From Planctomycetota bacterium (GTDB lineage Bacteria; Planctomycetota; SZUA-567; H5-PLA8), in assembly GCA_045863855.1 (NCBI GenBank), contig BTVV01000031.1:1-59284 (forward strand): 59,284 nucleotides of DNA, written 5' to 3'. The notes beneath the pieces were generated by a model. That model ran no database searches. It saw only the letters and a list, made by a program, of their open reading frames with translations, and had not been told where the DNA came from. The stretch's first letter is position 1, and every line of letters starts with the position of its first letter. Positions 28,211 through 38,589 of the stretch are shown here, piece by piece. Made by a program: the position numbers and the translations under genes.

Positions 28211-29257
28211 TTACACCGCCAAGGCACCGGCCGGGACGTCGATCACTTTGCGCTGCTTGACCGAATCCAGGATCGCCTGGGCGACCACGAGGTTGCGGTA
28301 GCCGTCGACAAGGCTGGGGTGCGCGGGCTTTTTCGCGAGGATGCAGTCCGCAAAGTGCTGGAGCTGGTTGCCGTAACCGCTGCGGTTCCAGGCGGTCAGG
28401 ATGTGGTGCGGTTCCCAAGTCTGCTGCGTATGGCCCCAAACGGCCTTCTCGGTGGGCGTGGTTTTCTCGCCCGTGCGCAGGGTGACGCGGCCCAGGTCGT
28501 CGACGCGGACGGTGGCGCGGCCGTCGCCGACGAGTTCGAGTCCCGTGTACCAGCCGTTGTAGCTGTCCTGCAGATTCAGGAATCCGACGCGCCCTTCGGC
28601 GCCTTCAAGCGTGATCGAGTAGACCTTGGTGTTGCCCTGTCCGTGACTACGGAAAGCGGCGACGCGGATGACCTCGCCGAGGAAGTGGCGCATCAGGTCG
28701 ATCGGATGCCCGCCCTGGACGAGCATGTAGGTCCAATCCTCGTCGGAATCGCCCCAGCCCGAATCGGGTTTGGCGGCTCCGGTGGGCCAGGTGGTGTACT
28801 TCGATTCGATCGAGAGGAGCTTCCCGAAGCTCTCGGACTGTGCGAACTCGGCGGCGATCTTGACCGGCGCGGCGTGGCGCATCATGTGCCCGACCTGCCC
28901 GACGAGGCCTTTACGTACGGAAAGCTCGGCGAGTTTCTTTGCGCCTTCGAGCGTCGGGGACGTGGGCTTCTCGACGAAGAGATGACAGCCGTGTTCGAGC
29001 ACCTTCATGCCGATCTGCTCGTGAACGATGGGCGGTCCGACGACCATGCAGGCGTCGGGCTTGGCTTCCTTGAGCATGGTATCGACGTCGGTGTAGGCCG
29101 CGCGCGCGCCGAAGTTCCGCGCGTTGCGTTCGGCCAGATCGCGCTGCAGGTCGCAGACGCCGACGAGGTCGAAGACCTTGAGGTAGGGAATCGCCGGCAT
29201 CAACTGTCCGGTGCATTGGTTGCCGGCGCCTACGACGGCCAATCGGATCGTGGACAT
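28211..29257 (-). CDS. Gfo/Idh/MocA oxidoreductase
   Basis: VVGAG, FVEKP and GGHPID motifs. Confidence 0.9.
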   Translation of the reverse strand: MSTIRLAVVGAGNQCTGQLMPAIPYLKVFDLVGVCDLQRDLAERNARNFGARAAYTDVDTMLKEAKPDACMVVGPPIVHEQIGMKVLEHGCHLFVEKPTSPTLEGAKKLAELSVRKGLVGQVGHMMRHAAPVKIAAEFAQSESFGKLLSIESKYTTWPTGAAKPDSGWGDSDEDWTYMLVQGGHPIDLMRHFLGEVIRVAAFRSHGQGNTKVYSITLEGAEGRVGFLNLQDSYNGWYTGLELVGDGRATVRVDDLGRVTLRTGEKTTPTEKAVWGHTQQTWEPHHILTAWNRSGYGNQLQHFADCILAKKPAHPSLVDGYRNLVVAQAILDSVKQRKVIDVPAGALAV

Positions 29258-29384
29258 GCGCGGTTCTCCGTGTGCCGGGTGTTTGCCACCCGATGCCTCC
29301 ATTCTCCCCTTTTCACGTCCCGCTTAGCCATGGACGGAGGCGACGGTTTTGTGTACTTTTGCGGCATAAGCGGCGAGAGGCGCG

Positions 29385-30215
29385 ATGCTGACCCACGACC
29401 GTTACGACAAGCTGCTTGTGGAATTCAACCTGCGGGTCTTCACGAGCCAGTTGCTGAGGGCGACTCCGCGGTGGAGCGGGATCCAGATTCGCAGCAGTTT
29501 CTGGCGGCTGTATGTAAATAACCGCTCGGGGGGAAGCGTGACGTCCGGCGGTCGGACGCATCCCCTGCGCCCGGGGCGGATCCATCTGGTCCCGGCGTGG
29601 GTGAGTTTTCGGACCGGGCTGGACCGGAACCTGAAGCACTTCTACCAGCACTTCGATCCGGTGGGATTGCCGGCGCCGCTGGTTCAAGAGCTGTTTCCTG
29701 CGCCGCTGGAGTTGAGCGTCGATGCGGCGGGGCTGGCGCTGCTGGAAGCGTGGAAGGCCGATCTCGATCCGGCTCCGCGGCGCGATCTGGCGGCCGCGTG
29801 CCGGGCCAAGGCGCTGCTGCATTGGACGCTGGGGCGGCTCGCGGCGGCCTTGCCGCCGGAGGCGCTGGAACGCTTGAGCCGCTACTACGCCGGGAACGCG
29901 GCGGTGCTGCCTGCGCTGGAGTACATCGAGCAGCATCTGAACGAAACGCTGGACAACCCGCGGCTGGCGGAGCTGTGCCACCTGGGCGTGGATCATTTTG
30001 TGCGCCAGTTCCGGCGCTGCACCGGGCAGACTCCCGCGCAGTACGTGATCGACACGCGGGTGAAGCGCGCGGCGCAGGAGTTGTTCTTCACGCGCGACAG
30101 CATCGAGACGATCGCGGCGCGGGCGGGCTTCCGCGACCGGTTTTATTTTTCGCGCGTCTTCGCGCGGCGCATGGGCCAGGGGCCGGCGGGGTATCGGAGA
30201 AGTAATCCGGTTTAG
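29385..30215 (+). CDS. AraC family transcriptional regulator
   Basis: YIEQHL..LAELC..HFVRQF..IETIAARAGFRDRFYFSRVF. Confidence 0.93.
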   Translation: MLTHDRYDKLLVEFNLRVFTSQLLRATPRWSGIQIRSSFWRLYVNNRSGGSVTSGGRTHPLRPGRIHLVPAWVSFRTGLDRNLKHFYQHFDPVGLPAPLVQELFPAPLELSVDAAGLALLEAWKADLDPAPRRDLAAACRAKALLHWTLGRLAAALPPEALERLSRYYAGNAAVLPALEYIEQHLNETLDNPRLAELCHLGVDHFVRQFRRCTGQTPAQYVIDTRVKRAAQELFFTRDSIETIAARAGFRDRFYFSRVFARRMGQGPAGYRRSNPV

Positions 30216-30303
30216 GTTGGGGGCCTCAAAGGACAAACGGCAGGAAACGACCTACCGCGCTATCAACCGCGGCTTGGAGAAGCGGGCGCGCATGGGGAAG
30301 TCC

Positions 30304-31392
30304 TTAGTGCGGCAGGAGAAACTCGTCTTCGCGGAGGCGGTAGCCGCGAATGTGGGCCTGCGGCGAGGTGTCGTCCACGAGGTAGTTCACGATGAAAATT
30401 TCGCCGTCGGGGAACTGGACCCAGCCGCTGTAACCGATATCGCTCTTGCCGGAGCGGTCGAAATCGACGGGCAGTATGCGCGTACGCGCGCCTTTGCGTT
30501 CGGGCGCGAGGGCCGATTCGGGGTCGGTCAACGCGGCGAAGAAGTTCTGCGTCCACGCGCCCAGCCAGCCGTTGCCGCCTTGCATGAAGCGATAGGTGAC
30601 CAGAATCTTGCCGCTCTGTAGCATCCCCGCGACGGGCCGATGGCAGCCGGGAAGCGGAAAGCGGACGAGGCCGGTCCAGGTGCGCCCGCCGTCGCGGCTG
30701 ACCGACTTGTAGGCGTCCTGGCCGTCGCCGCCGTTCTCGCGCATGAAGCAGACCAGGTCTCCGCCGGGAAGTTCCATGATGCTGCCTTCGCAGAGCTTCA
30801 GGCCGGGCTGCGCGGCGACGGTGAACGGTCCGGTCCAGTTCGCGCCGCGGTCGTCGCTGAGCCAGACGCGTTCGTGATGCACGGACTGGCCGTCGAGGGG
30901 CAGCGTGGTGTGCGCGGCTAACAGCCAGCGCCCCGCGTGCGGACCGCTTTCGAGTTCGATCAGGCGGTCGGGCACGATCCCGACGACCGGCGTGGCGAGG
31001 GGGCCTTCCCAAGTCGCGCCTTCGTCGGCGCTGAACCAGAGCCAGTTGGATTGTTCGCGCATCTGGCTGTGATCCGGTCCCGTCCCTTTTCCGCCGACGC
31101 GGTCGCCGATGGCGCAGAGGCGTCCGTCGCCGAGCGTGACGATACGCGCGCAGTTCCAGAAGGGACCGGTCTTGGGATCGCAGCGCAGCGGCTCGCTCAA
31201 CCCGCGCTTGGGCGTCCAGGTGCGGCCGCGGTCGGCGCTCTCGGTCAGCATGAAGCGCGTATAGCTCCGGTCGCCGTGGTGGGTGCACTCGCTGAAGATG
31301 CAGACGAGTTTGCCCGACAGCGTGAGCGTCACGTCCGGCCACGCGTGGTAGAGGTTGGGGTCGTGCGCGATGCGAATCTTTTCGATGGCCAT
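30304..31392 (-). CDS. BNR/Asp-box sialidase-like protein
   Basis: Asp boxes SADRGRTW, SADEGATW, SDDRGANW and SRDGGRTW; DIGYS; no obvious signal peptide. Confidence 0.88.
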   Translation of the reverse strand: MAIEKIRIAHDPNLYHAWPDVTLTLSGKLVCIFSECTHHGDRSYTRFMLTESADRGRTWTPKRGLSEPLRCDPKTGPFWNCARIVTLGDGRLCAIGDRVGGKGTGPDHSQMREQSNWLWFSADEGATWEGPLATPVVGIVPDRLIELESGPHAGRWLLAAHTTLPLDGQSVHHERVWLSDDRGANWTGPFTVAAQPGLKLCEGSIMELPGGDLVCFMRENGGDGQDAYKSVSRDGGRTWTGLVRFPLPGCHRPVAGMLQSGKILVTYRFMQGGNGWLGAWTQNFFAALTDPESALAPERKGARTRILPVDFDRSGKSDIGYSGWVQFPDGEIFIVNYLVDDTSPQAHIRGYRLREDEFLLPH

Positions 31393-31663
31393 TGCGGTGC
31401 GAGCTCCTATCGATGGGGTTTCCGGATGCATCCAACCCTATTTGAAAGCGCGCCGCAAGCTTTTGTAATACAAATACAGGTTGGGGATTGGATTGATTTT
31501 ATGAAAGTAACTGAAAGGGGCAGTTCGACTCGGCGAAGTAGCTACAGACGGGTATACGCTCAGGGAAAGGCCCTATCCTGCTTGGCGTTAGCATTTATGC
31601 ACCATGTTGAATTCAAGAGGAATGGGTTTATAAGGTGGGGTTGAGGAGCAGGTCGAGACGCGC

Positions 31664-32941
31664 ATGGAAATTCAATTCTGCGATCAATGCGGGAAGCGTC
31701 TGACGCCGGCCGAGCTTCAATCGGCGACGGCCGAAAAGAAGACGTGCACGGCTTGCGCGCCGAAAGCGGCGCCGGTTGCGGCGCACACACCGACGGGACC
31801 GGCGGTTCCGATCCGCCCGCCGTCCGGGGTCGGGGAAGCGACCACGCAACGCCGAGCCCCGGTTCGAGGCACCTCGCAGTTCTCTCCTATTGCTCGCGGC
31901 ACCCCAGGTCGTGGCGCGGTCACATCGCCCGAAGCATCGAAGATGCCCTTCGTGATTTTAGGCGTGGGCGCGGCGGTGGCGCTGGTGGGTCTGGTGGTCT
32001 TTATGAGCGGCGGGAAGCCGCCGCCGGCGCAGACGGCCAAAGCGAAGAGTTCCGAATCGGGGCAGTCGCTGAACCTCGCGCATGCTCCGGCTCCGGCGCC
32101 TGCACCGCGGATGGATTCGGCCAAGACTGTCGCGCTGCCGGTGGCCGCGCCGAAGCGCGTGGAAGCCGAAGCGCCCCCCGCCGATAAGCTCGAAGCGCCC
32201 GCGGCGATGGACGATATCCGCGAAGGCCTTGCGCGGCGCAAATTCGACGCGATCAAGACCGCCATTGCGGAGAACAAAGAGCACCCCTACCACTTGCGTA
32301 AGCAGCTCGACGAGTTCGTGAATTCGTACCGCAGCACGGCGGCCGGCCGGGAAGCGGCGGCGCTGCTGGAGCGCACGCCCGCCGTCGACCCGCCTCCGCC
32401 GCCCGAGCAGGTGGCTGCCGCGCAGATCAAGCAAAGCGGCGGAAGCGGCGAGAACAATATCCAGGTGGCGGTGCTGCAAGACGGTGCGGCCGACGAACGC
32501 TATTACCGGGAAGGGAGCCGCGATACGGCGGAGCTTTACAACGGCAAGGCTTTCTCGTGGCGCGGCAAGGAATTCAACAACGGTTTCTTCAGCAGCAAGC
32601 TCGGCGTAGGTTTTCATGAAAAAGCGCCGACCATCACCGACGACATGTGGATGCAATTCGCCGTGAAGCTGGAGGGCGCCAGCAACCTGTGCATCCATTC
32701 GGGCTTCGACGACAATATTTTCGAGACGTGGGTTCGCGGGCAGCCGAAGGGGAAGTGGGTTTGGGTGACGGTCAAAGCCGCGGATTACAAGCGCGCGATC
32801 CGCGGCACGGGGACGCATCCGACGGCGGGCATGAAATATTCGGGCTCGACCATTTACACGGGCCAGGATGGCAAGCCGAGCAAGATCTGGCTGGGGCCGG
32901 TGCTGGTGGGTTCCGGGACGCCGCCCTCGACGCCCGAATAG
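31664..32941 (+). CDS. Hypothetical bitopic membrane protein with N-terminal zinc ribbon
   Basis: CDQC..CTAC, Pro-rich linker, one TM helix (FVILGVGAAVALVGLVVFM), beta-rich C-terminal domain. Confidence 0.8.
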   Translation: MEIQFCDQCGKRLTPAELQSATAEKKTCTACAPKAAPVAAHTPTGPAVPIRPPSGVGEATTQRRAPVRGTSQFSPIARGTPGRGAVTSPEASKMPFVILGVGAAVALVGLVVFMSGGKPPPAQTAKAKSSESGQSLNLAHAPAPAPAPRMDSAKTVALPVAAPKRVEAEAPPADKLEAPAAMDDIREGLARRKFDAIKTAIAENKEHPYHLRKQLDEFVNSYRSTAAGREAAALLERTPAVDPPPPPEQVAAAQIKQSGGSGENNIQVAVLQDGAADERYYREGSRDTAELYNGKAFSWRGKEFNNGFFSSKLGVGFHEKAPTITDDMWMQFAVKLEGASNLCIHSGFDDNIFETWVRGQPKGKWVWVTVKAADYKRAIRGTGTHPTAGMKYSGSTIYTGQDGKPSKIWLGPVLVGSGTPPSTPE

Positions 32942-32948
32942 GCGCCCG

Positions 32949-34205
32949 TTACTCCTTCTTCAGATCGCGCAACGCGACGGGCTTTTCAAGCTTCCCCCCG
33001 CTCTTCCCGTTCAACAGCCGCTGCGCCGGATAGATCCCGCGGTGCCCGGTCAGCAAATAGGCCACGACGCAGACGACGGCCGCGTGCGGGAGGACATGCA
33101 CGCCCAGGAGTTCCACGGCCATGACGGTCAGCGCCAGGGGCGCGTTGGAGGCGCAGGCAAAGACGGCGGCGAGGCCCACGCCGGCGGCGAGTTCCAGGGG
33201 AATGCCCATGGCGCGCCCCAGGACGTTGCCCAAGGCCGCGCCGACGAAGAAGAGCGGCGTCACTTCTCCGCCGAGATACGCCGCGCCCAGCGTAACGGCG
33301 GTGAAGAGAAGTTTGGCGGCGAAGGCGTAGACGGGCAGGTCGGGATTCGTGAACGCGTCGACGATGGTGGGGACGCCCAGGCCCAGGTAGACGTTCGTGC
33401 CGCTGGCCTGCCAGAGCAGCACGACGGCGCAGCCTCCGATAAACATGCGCAGCGGAAGATTCGGCACGCGGCGTTCGCCGAGCTTTTTGAGATAGTGGGT
33501 GAGTTCGATGAAGATCGTCGTGGCCAGGGCGACGGCGGCGGCAAAGAGCAGCCACTGGCCCAGGAGCAACGGCGTGAGCGGCGTATGAGGCGCGGCCGGG
33601 TAAAGCGTATGCTCGATGCCCCAGGCGCGGGTGGTCCAGTCACCGACCACGGCGGCGACCAGCGCGGGGACGAGGGCGTCGTATTCCAGGCGGCCCAGGA
33701 CCACGAACTCGAGTCCGAAGATGGTTCCGGCCATGGGGGTGCCGAAGACCGAGCCGAAGCCGCCCGCGACGCCAGCGGCGACGAGTTGCCGGCGCGTGGC
33801 GCGCTTGACCTTGAGGCGATGGGCGAGTTCGTCGGCGATGCTGGCGCCCATTTGAACGGCGGTGCCTTCGCGTCCGGCGCTGCCGCCGAAGAGATGGGTC
33901 AGGACGGTCCCGATCAGGACCATCGGCGCCATGCGCAGGGGGATCTGCGGGCCATCGTCGTGGATCGTGTCGATGACAAGGTTGTTACCGGCGGCGATGG
34001 AACGCCCAAAGCGTGCATAAATCCAGCCGATGGCCAGTCCGGCCAAAGGCAGCATGTAGACGATGACCTCGTGGGATTCGCGGTAGGCGGTGACAACGTC
34101 AAGAAGGTAGAGAAAGAGCGCGGAGGCGCTGCCGCACAGCACGCCAACGAGGCTGCCGAGGACGATCCAATCGGCCAGCGCGCGGAGACGTTCGCGGCGG
34201 GTCAT
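32949..34205 (-). CDS. eriC: CLC-F type fluoride/proton exporter
   Basis: CLC-F signatures GNNLV, GREGT and GEVTP; lies downstream of a fluoride riboswitch. Confidence 0.93.
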   Translation of the reverse strand: MTRRERLRALADWIVLGSLVGVLCGSASALFLYLLDVVTAYRESHEVIVYMLPLAGLAIGWIYARFGRSIAAGNNLVIDTIHDDGPQIPLRMAPMVLIGTVLTHLFGGSAGREGTAVQMGASIADELAHRLKVKRATRRQLVAAGVAGGFGSVFGTPMAGTIFGLEFVVLGRLEYDALVPALVAAVVGDWTTRAWGIEHTLYPAAPHTPLTPLLLGQWLLFAAAVALATTIFIELTHYLKKLGERRVPNLPLRMFIGGCAVVLLWQASGTNVYLGLGVPTIVDAFTNPDLPVYAFAAKLLFTAVTLGAAYLGGEVTPLFFVGAALGNVLGRAMGIPLELAAGVGLAAVFACASNAPLALTVMAVELLGVHVLPHAAVVCVVAYLLTGHRGIYPAQRLLNGKSGGKLEKPVALRDLKKE

Positions 34206-34325
34206 GGGAGCACCGTACAGCAAGTACGGGTTGGGACGATACGCGGATTCACGTAAGCGGCCTCCTGTTCCAGCGCCGGAGGGCTTACGCAGCTCCTACG
34301 GCCGCCCGTTGCCAGCAAGGGGCGC

Positions 34326-34385
34326 GATCGTAGGAGTCATTGGCGGCCAGAGGCCACGGTTCTCGGCGGACTCCACCGCCATCGT
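34326..34385 (-). ncRNA. Fluoride riboswitch (crcB motif)
   Basis: Minus strand reads GGCGGTGGAGTCCGCC-GAGAACCG..GCCAATGACTCCTAC, matching the GGCGAUGG..CGCC..AUGAC..CUAC consensus, with a GGAG/CTCC pseudoknot. Confidence 0.92.
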
Positions 34386-34460
34386 TAAGGTGTCTAAGCA
34401 TTGTACGCAGGGCGAAGGGAAGTCAAGATAGGTGAATGCCGCGGAATACGGGAAAAAAGA

Positions 34461-34489
34461 TTGACACCCGCAGGCGAAAGTGCCATAAA
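34461..34489 (+). promoter_or_regulatory. Sigma70-type promoter upstream of polA
   Basis: TTGACA (34461-66), 17-bp spacer, CATAAA (34484-89). Confidence 0.6.
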
Positions 34490-34680
34490 CCACGTTGCCG
34501 CCGGTCGTTTAGCTCATACCCCTGACCCTTCGGTATGGTTCGTCGGACCGGTTACAGGCCTAACCCCAGCCCAACGCACGTGCTCGCGAACGTTCCCACC
34601 GGATGGTTAACGCGGCGAGCCGAATAGCGAATCGATAGTTCCGAGACCGCAGACCCGAGCCCCTAAACTCAAATCGAATT

Positions 34681-37527
34681 ATGGCCACCAAGGCCCGGAC
34701 CCTTTACCTCATCGACGGTCACGCCCAACTTTACCGGGCGCACCATGCTCATTTGCGCGAAAACCGCCGCGCGACGGACGGGACGCCGACGGGAGCGCTT
34801 TTCGGGTTCTTTAACCAGCTCAAAATGATCCGGAAGCACTACCACCCGGAATTGCTGGGTTGCGTTTTCGATCCCAAGGGCGGGACATTCCGCGAGAAGG
34901 TCTTCGCCGGCTATAAGGCTCAGCGCGCGCCGATGCCCGACGACCTGCGCGTGCAGGTGCCGATCGCCTTCGAGCTGTGCGAGGGCTACGGGCTGCCGGC
35001 CATCCAGGTGGACGAGTACGAGGCCGACGACGTGCTGGGGACGCTGGCCCGACAGGCGGCGCAAGAAGGCTGGAACGTCGTCATCGTGACGGGCGACAAG
35101 GATCTGCTGCAACTGGTCGGCGGACCGATCCAGGTCTTCGACCCGATGAAAGAGATTCTGTACGACACCGAAAAGGTCGTGGACGTGAAGGGCCTGAAGC
35201 CCGAACAGATCCCCGATTGGCTGGGTCTGATGGGCGACCATGCGGACAATATTCCGGGCGTCGAAAACGTGGGCGAGCAGACGGCGCTGAAGTTGCTGCA
35301 GGAACACGGCACGCTCGAGAACGTGATCGCGCATTACCAGAAGACGCTGGGCGGGCGCGCGGACGAGGTGCTTGCGTTCGTCGCTGAACATCAGCGCGAG
35401 GCGAAGAAAGACAAGGACGCTCGCCAGAAGGTGAAGCCTCCGAAGGGCCTGAAGGTGGTCGACGCGTATCTGTTCGCGCAAGCCGAGCAGGCTCGGGCGA
35501 GCCGCGAGTTGGCGACGATCCGCTGCGACGCTCCGGTCACCTTTAAGGCGTCCGACTTCGCGCCCGGCCAGGAAAAACGGGATCTGCTGCTGCGCTTGTT
35601 CCAGCGGCTCGATTTCCGCGGCTTCCTGCGCGAGATGGGCGGCGACGAGGCGGAATTGCTGACGCTGAGCGAACAGAAAGCGCAGACGCAGTCGGAGCAG
35701 CGCGATTACCAGACGGTCGATACGGCGGCGAAGCTCGCGGCGTTCGTGAAGCTGCTGAAGAAGCAAAAGCGCTTCGCGTTCGATACCGAGACGACGAGCA
35801 CGCATCCGCGGGTCGCGCGGCTGGTGGGCATGTCCTTCGCCTGGGGCGGGCATGCGGCGTGGTATCTGCCGGTGCGCGGTCCCAACGGCGCGCAGGTGCT
35901 GGAGCAGGAGACGGCGCTGGCGGCGGTGCGCGAGGCGCTCGAAGACGAAAGCGTCGCGAAGGTCGGCCAGAACGCAAAGTACGACCTCACGGTGATGCGC
36001 GCGCACGGCGTGCGCGTACGCGGGCTGGCGGTGGATACGCTGCTGGCCGGGTGGCTGCTCGATCCGGGCGCGTTGCGCCACGACCTCGACAGCCTGGCAT
36101 ACGCACACCTCGGCATCCGCAAGATCGCGACGAGCAGCCTGATCGGCAAAGACAAAGCGCCGACGATGGATCTGGTGCCGGTCGAGGACGTCGCGCGCTA
36201 CGCCTGCGAAGACGCGGACGTCACGTGGCAGCTCGCCGAAGCGCTGGCGCCGAAGCTGAAGGAAGCCGGCCTCGAGAAGCTGCTGCGCGAAGTCGAGACT
36301 CCGCTGGTCGAGGTGCTGGCGGAGATGGAGTGGACCGGCATCCGCGTGGATGTGGAGTTGCTGCGCGAGATGGGCAAGCACCTGGCCACGCAGCTCGGGA
36401 TTCAGGAGCAGGAAATCTACCGTCTGGCGGGCGACCGTTTCTCGATCAACAGCCCCAAACAACTCGGCGAGATTCTCTTCGGAAAGCTGGGCTTGCCGGT
36501 GATCTCCAAAACGGCCACGGGGCAGCCGTCGACCAACGAGGAAGTGCTCCAGCAGCTCGCGAACGACCACGAACTGCCGCGGCAGATCGTGGAATACCGG
36601 CAACTCACCAAGCTGAAGAACACCTACGTGGACATGCTGCCCGAGATGGTCCATCCGGAGACGGGCCGGATTCACGCTTCGTTCAACCAGACGGGCGCGG
36701 AGACGGGCCGGCTGTCGTCGAGCGACCCGAACCTGCAGAACATTCCGGTGCGCAGCGAGCTGGGGCGTTCGATCCGCGCGGCGTTCAAGCCCGGCCCGAA
36801 CGACAAAGCCGGCTGGAAGATCCTGGGCGCGGACTATTCGCAGATCGAACTGCGCCTGCTGGCGCATTACAGCCAGGACGAGAATCTGGTCAAGGCGTTC
36901 GAGGCCGGGACGGACATTCATACGGCCGTCGCCGCGCGTCTCTTCGAGGTCAAGCCGAAGGACGTGACGCGGGAGCAGCGCGCGAAAGCGAAGACGGTGA
37001 ACTTCGGGATCCTGTACGGGCAGACCGCCTTCGGGCTGGCTCAGACGCTGCGCATCGGCCAGAAGGAAGCGCGCGAGATCATCGACCGCTTCTTCGGGAA
37101 TCATCCGGGCGTGAAGGCGTGCATCGAACGCATCATCGCCGAAGCGCACGAGAAGGGCTACGTGACGACGATCCTCGGCCGCCGCCGCTTCGTGCCGCAG
37201 TTGAAGGAGAAGGTGCAGGAGAAACTGGGCGAACGCATCTCGGTGAACACGGTCTTCCAGGGATCGGCGGCCGACCTGATCAAGAAGGCGATGCTGGACA
37301 TTCACCGCGTGCTGCACCCGGCGGCGGGGAAGCGCCCGCCCAAGGGCCTGCGCGAATCGAAGATGCTGCTGCAGATTCACGACGAACTGGTCTTCGAATG
37401 TCCGAAGGACGAAGTGGAGCCGTTGACGGACCTCGTGAAGGACCGGATGGAACACGCGCTGGAACTGCGCGTCCCGCTGGTGGTGGACACCGGCGTGGGC
37501 GACGACTGGCTGAACGCCAAGGATTAA
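34681..37527 (+). CDS. polA: DNA polymerase I
   Basis: 5'-3' exonuclease (LIDG, EADD, GDKD), 3'-5' exonuclease (FDTET, YACEDAD), motifs A (DYSQIELR), B (KTVNFGILYG) and C (IHDEL). Confidence 0.98.
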   Translation: MATKARTLYLIDGHAQLYRAHHAHLRENRRATDGTPTGALFGFFNQLKMIRKHYHPELLGCVFDPKGGTFREKVFAGYKAQRAPMPDDLRVQVPIAFELCEGYGLPAIQVDEYEADDVLGTLARQAAQEGWNVVIVTGDKDLLQLVGGPIQVFDPMKEILYDTEKVVDVKGLKPEQIPDWLGLMGDHADNIPGVENVGEQTALKLLQEHGTLENVIAHYQKTLGGRADEVLAFVAEHQREAKKDKDARQKVKPPKGLKVVDAYLFAQAEQARASRELATIRCDAPVTFKASDFAPGQEKRDLLLRLFQRLDFRGFLREMGGDEAELLTLSEQKAQTQSEQRDYQTVDTAAKLAAFVKLLKKQKRFAFDTETTSTHPRVARLVGMSFAWGGHAAWYLPVRGPNGAQVLEQETALAAVREALEDESVAKVGQNAKYDLTVMRAHGVRVRGLAVDTLLAGWLLDPGALRHDLDSLAYAHLGIRKIATSSLIGKDKAPTMDLVPVEDVARYACEDADVTWQLAEALAPKLKEAGLEKLLREVETPLVEVLAEMEWTGIRVDVELLREMGKHLATQLGIQEQEIYRLAGDRFSINSPKQLGEILFGKLGLPVISKTATGQPSTNEEVLQQLANDHELPRQIVEYRQLTKLKNTYVDMLPEMVHPETGRIHASFNQTGAETGRLSSSDPNLQNIPVRSELGRSIRAAFKPGPNDKAGWKILGADYSQIELRLLAHYSQDENLVKAFEAGTDIHTAVAARLFEVKPKDVTREQRAKAKTVNFGILYGQTAFGLAQTLRIGQKEAREIIDRFFGNHPGVKACIERIIAEAHEKGYVTTILGRRRFVPQLKEKVQEKLGERISVNTVFQGSAADLIKKAMLDIHRVLHPAAGKRPPKGLRESKMLLQIHDELVFECPKDEVEPLTDLVKDRMEHALELRVPLVVDTGVGDDWLNAKD

Positions 37528-37781
37528 TGCTCATGGGTAAGGCGACCGACGCTTCCGATTTGCTGAAGCATTTCGACGACGAGTTGGCTCAACGGCTGAA
37601 GAAGCATCTGGCCGCGGGCGAGCTGGACCGCGGACACATCGAGGGGCTGTTGAAGCTGACGTCCAAGAGCCCCGAGTATCGCCAGGAAGAGAACCTGGAG
37701 TCGGCGATCGAGGACGCGCTGGACATGCCGGCCGAGGCGTTCGGGAAGTGGGTCGAAGAGCTGCTGGACGCTTCGAAATGA
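37527..37781 (+). CDS. Small acidic helical hypothetical protein
   Basis: TAATG overlap with the polA stop and ATGA overlap with the coaE start; host-like codons. Alternative start 37533. Confidence 0.75.
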   Translation: MLMGKATDASDLLKHFDDELAQRLKKHLAAGELDRGHIEGLLKLTSKSPEYRQEENLESAIEDALDMPAEAFGKWVEELLDASK

Positions 37782-38419
37782 GTCCGGCCGCGCGCCCGGT
37801 GATCGGACTGGTGGGGCAAGTCTGCGCGGGCAAGAGCACCGTGGCGGAGTCCTTCCGGCGGCGCGGGGCGGCGGTGTACGAGGCGGACAAGCTGGTGCAT
37901 GCGCTGTACCGGCGCGAGGACGTGAAGCAGGACGTGCGCGCGCGCTTCGGCGCGGAGATGTTCGGAGCGGACGGTGAGGTGGACCGTTCGAAGCTGGGCG
38001 CGCGTGTCTTCGCGGACCCGGCGAAGCTGAAGGAGTTGACGGAGCAGGTCATTTTTCCGCGCACGCGGGTGGAGTTGATGCGTCAACTGGAAGCATTTCG
38101 CGCGGCGAGCGGTCCGAACGCGGCTCCGGCGCTGCTGCTGGACGCTCCGACGCTGCTGGAGGCCGGTTACGCGCAGCTTTGCGACAAGCTGCTGTTCCTG
38201 AGCGCGCCGAAGGCGCGACGGGAAGCGTGGGCGCAGGCGCGCAACGGGTGGAGCGCGGAGGAACTGGCTCGCCGCGACGCTCGGCTGGGCGACGAGACGG
38301 CCAAGCGCTCGCGCTGCGACGAAGTGCTGGAGAATTCCGGCAGCGTGGAGGAGTTGGACGAAAAGATCGGGCGGCTGTGGAAGCGCTGGGTTTCCGGGCT
38401 TCCGGCGGCGCAAGGCTGA
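37778..38419 (+). CDS. coaE: Dephospho-CoA kinase
   Basis: [15 protein letters not shown]-loop, ADKLVH, VDRSKLG..VF and DAPTLLE motifs. Confidence 0.92.
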   Translation: MSPAARPVIGLVGQVCAGKSTVAESFRRRGAAVYEADKLVHALYRREDVKQDVRARFGAEMFGADGEVDRSKLGARVFADPAKLKELTEQVIFPRTRVELMRQLEAFRAASGPNAAPALLLDAPTLLEAGYAQLCDKLLFLSAPKARREAWAQARNGWSAEELARRDARLGDETAKRSRCDEVLENSGSVEELDEKIGRLWKRWVSGLPAAQG

Positions 38420-38589
38420 GGATTCCGGGGCCGGCCCAAGCCGCCCCGCAGCGAGAGACGAAGCGGGTTCGCGCTGGTCGCGGACCCTTTCAAAGAGCGA
38501 ACGATGCGCGCGCACCGCGCATCCATGCCAGGACGGCCGGAGGCCAACGGGGCCACGGCGTCCGACCGAGTGACGAGAGGAGCAGCATC

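Noticed and set aside
6408..37527. Dedicated DNA-repair island (polX, nfi, mutY, polA)
   Set aside because: The genes are spread over 30 kb in unrelated transcription units, so this is likely coincidence.
35859..37781. 640-aa ORF overlapping polA
   Set aside because: Only the last 84 codons look coding; the rest is an alternative frame of polA.
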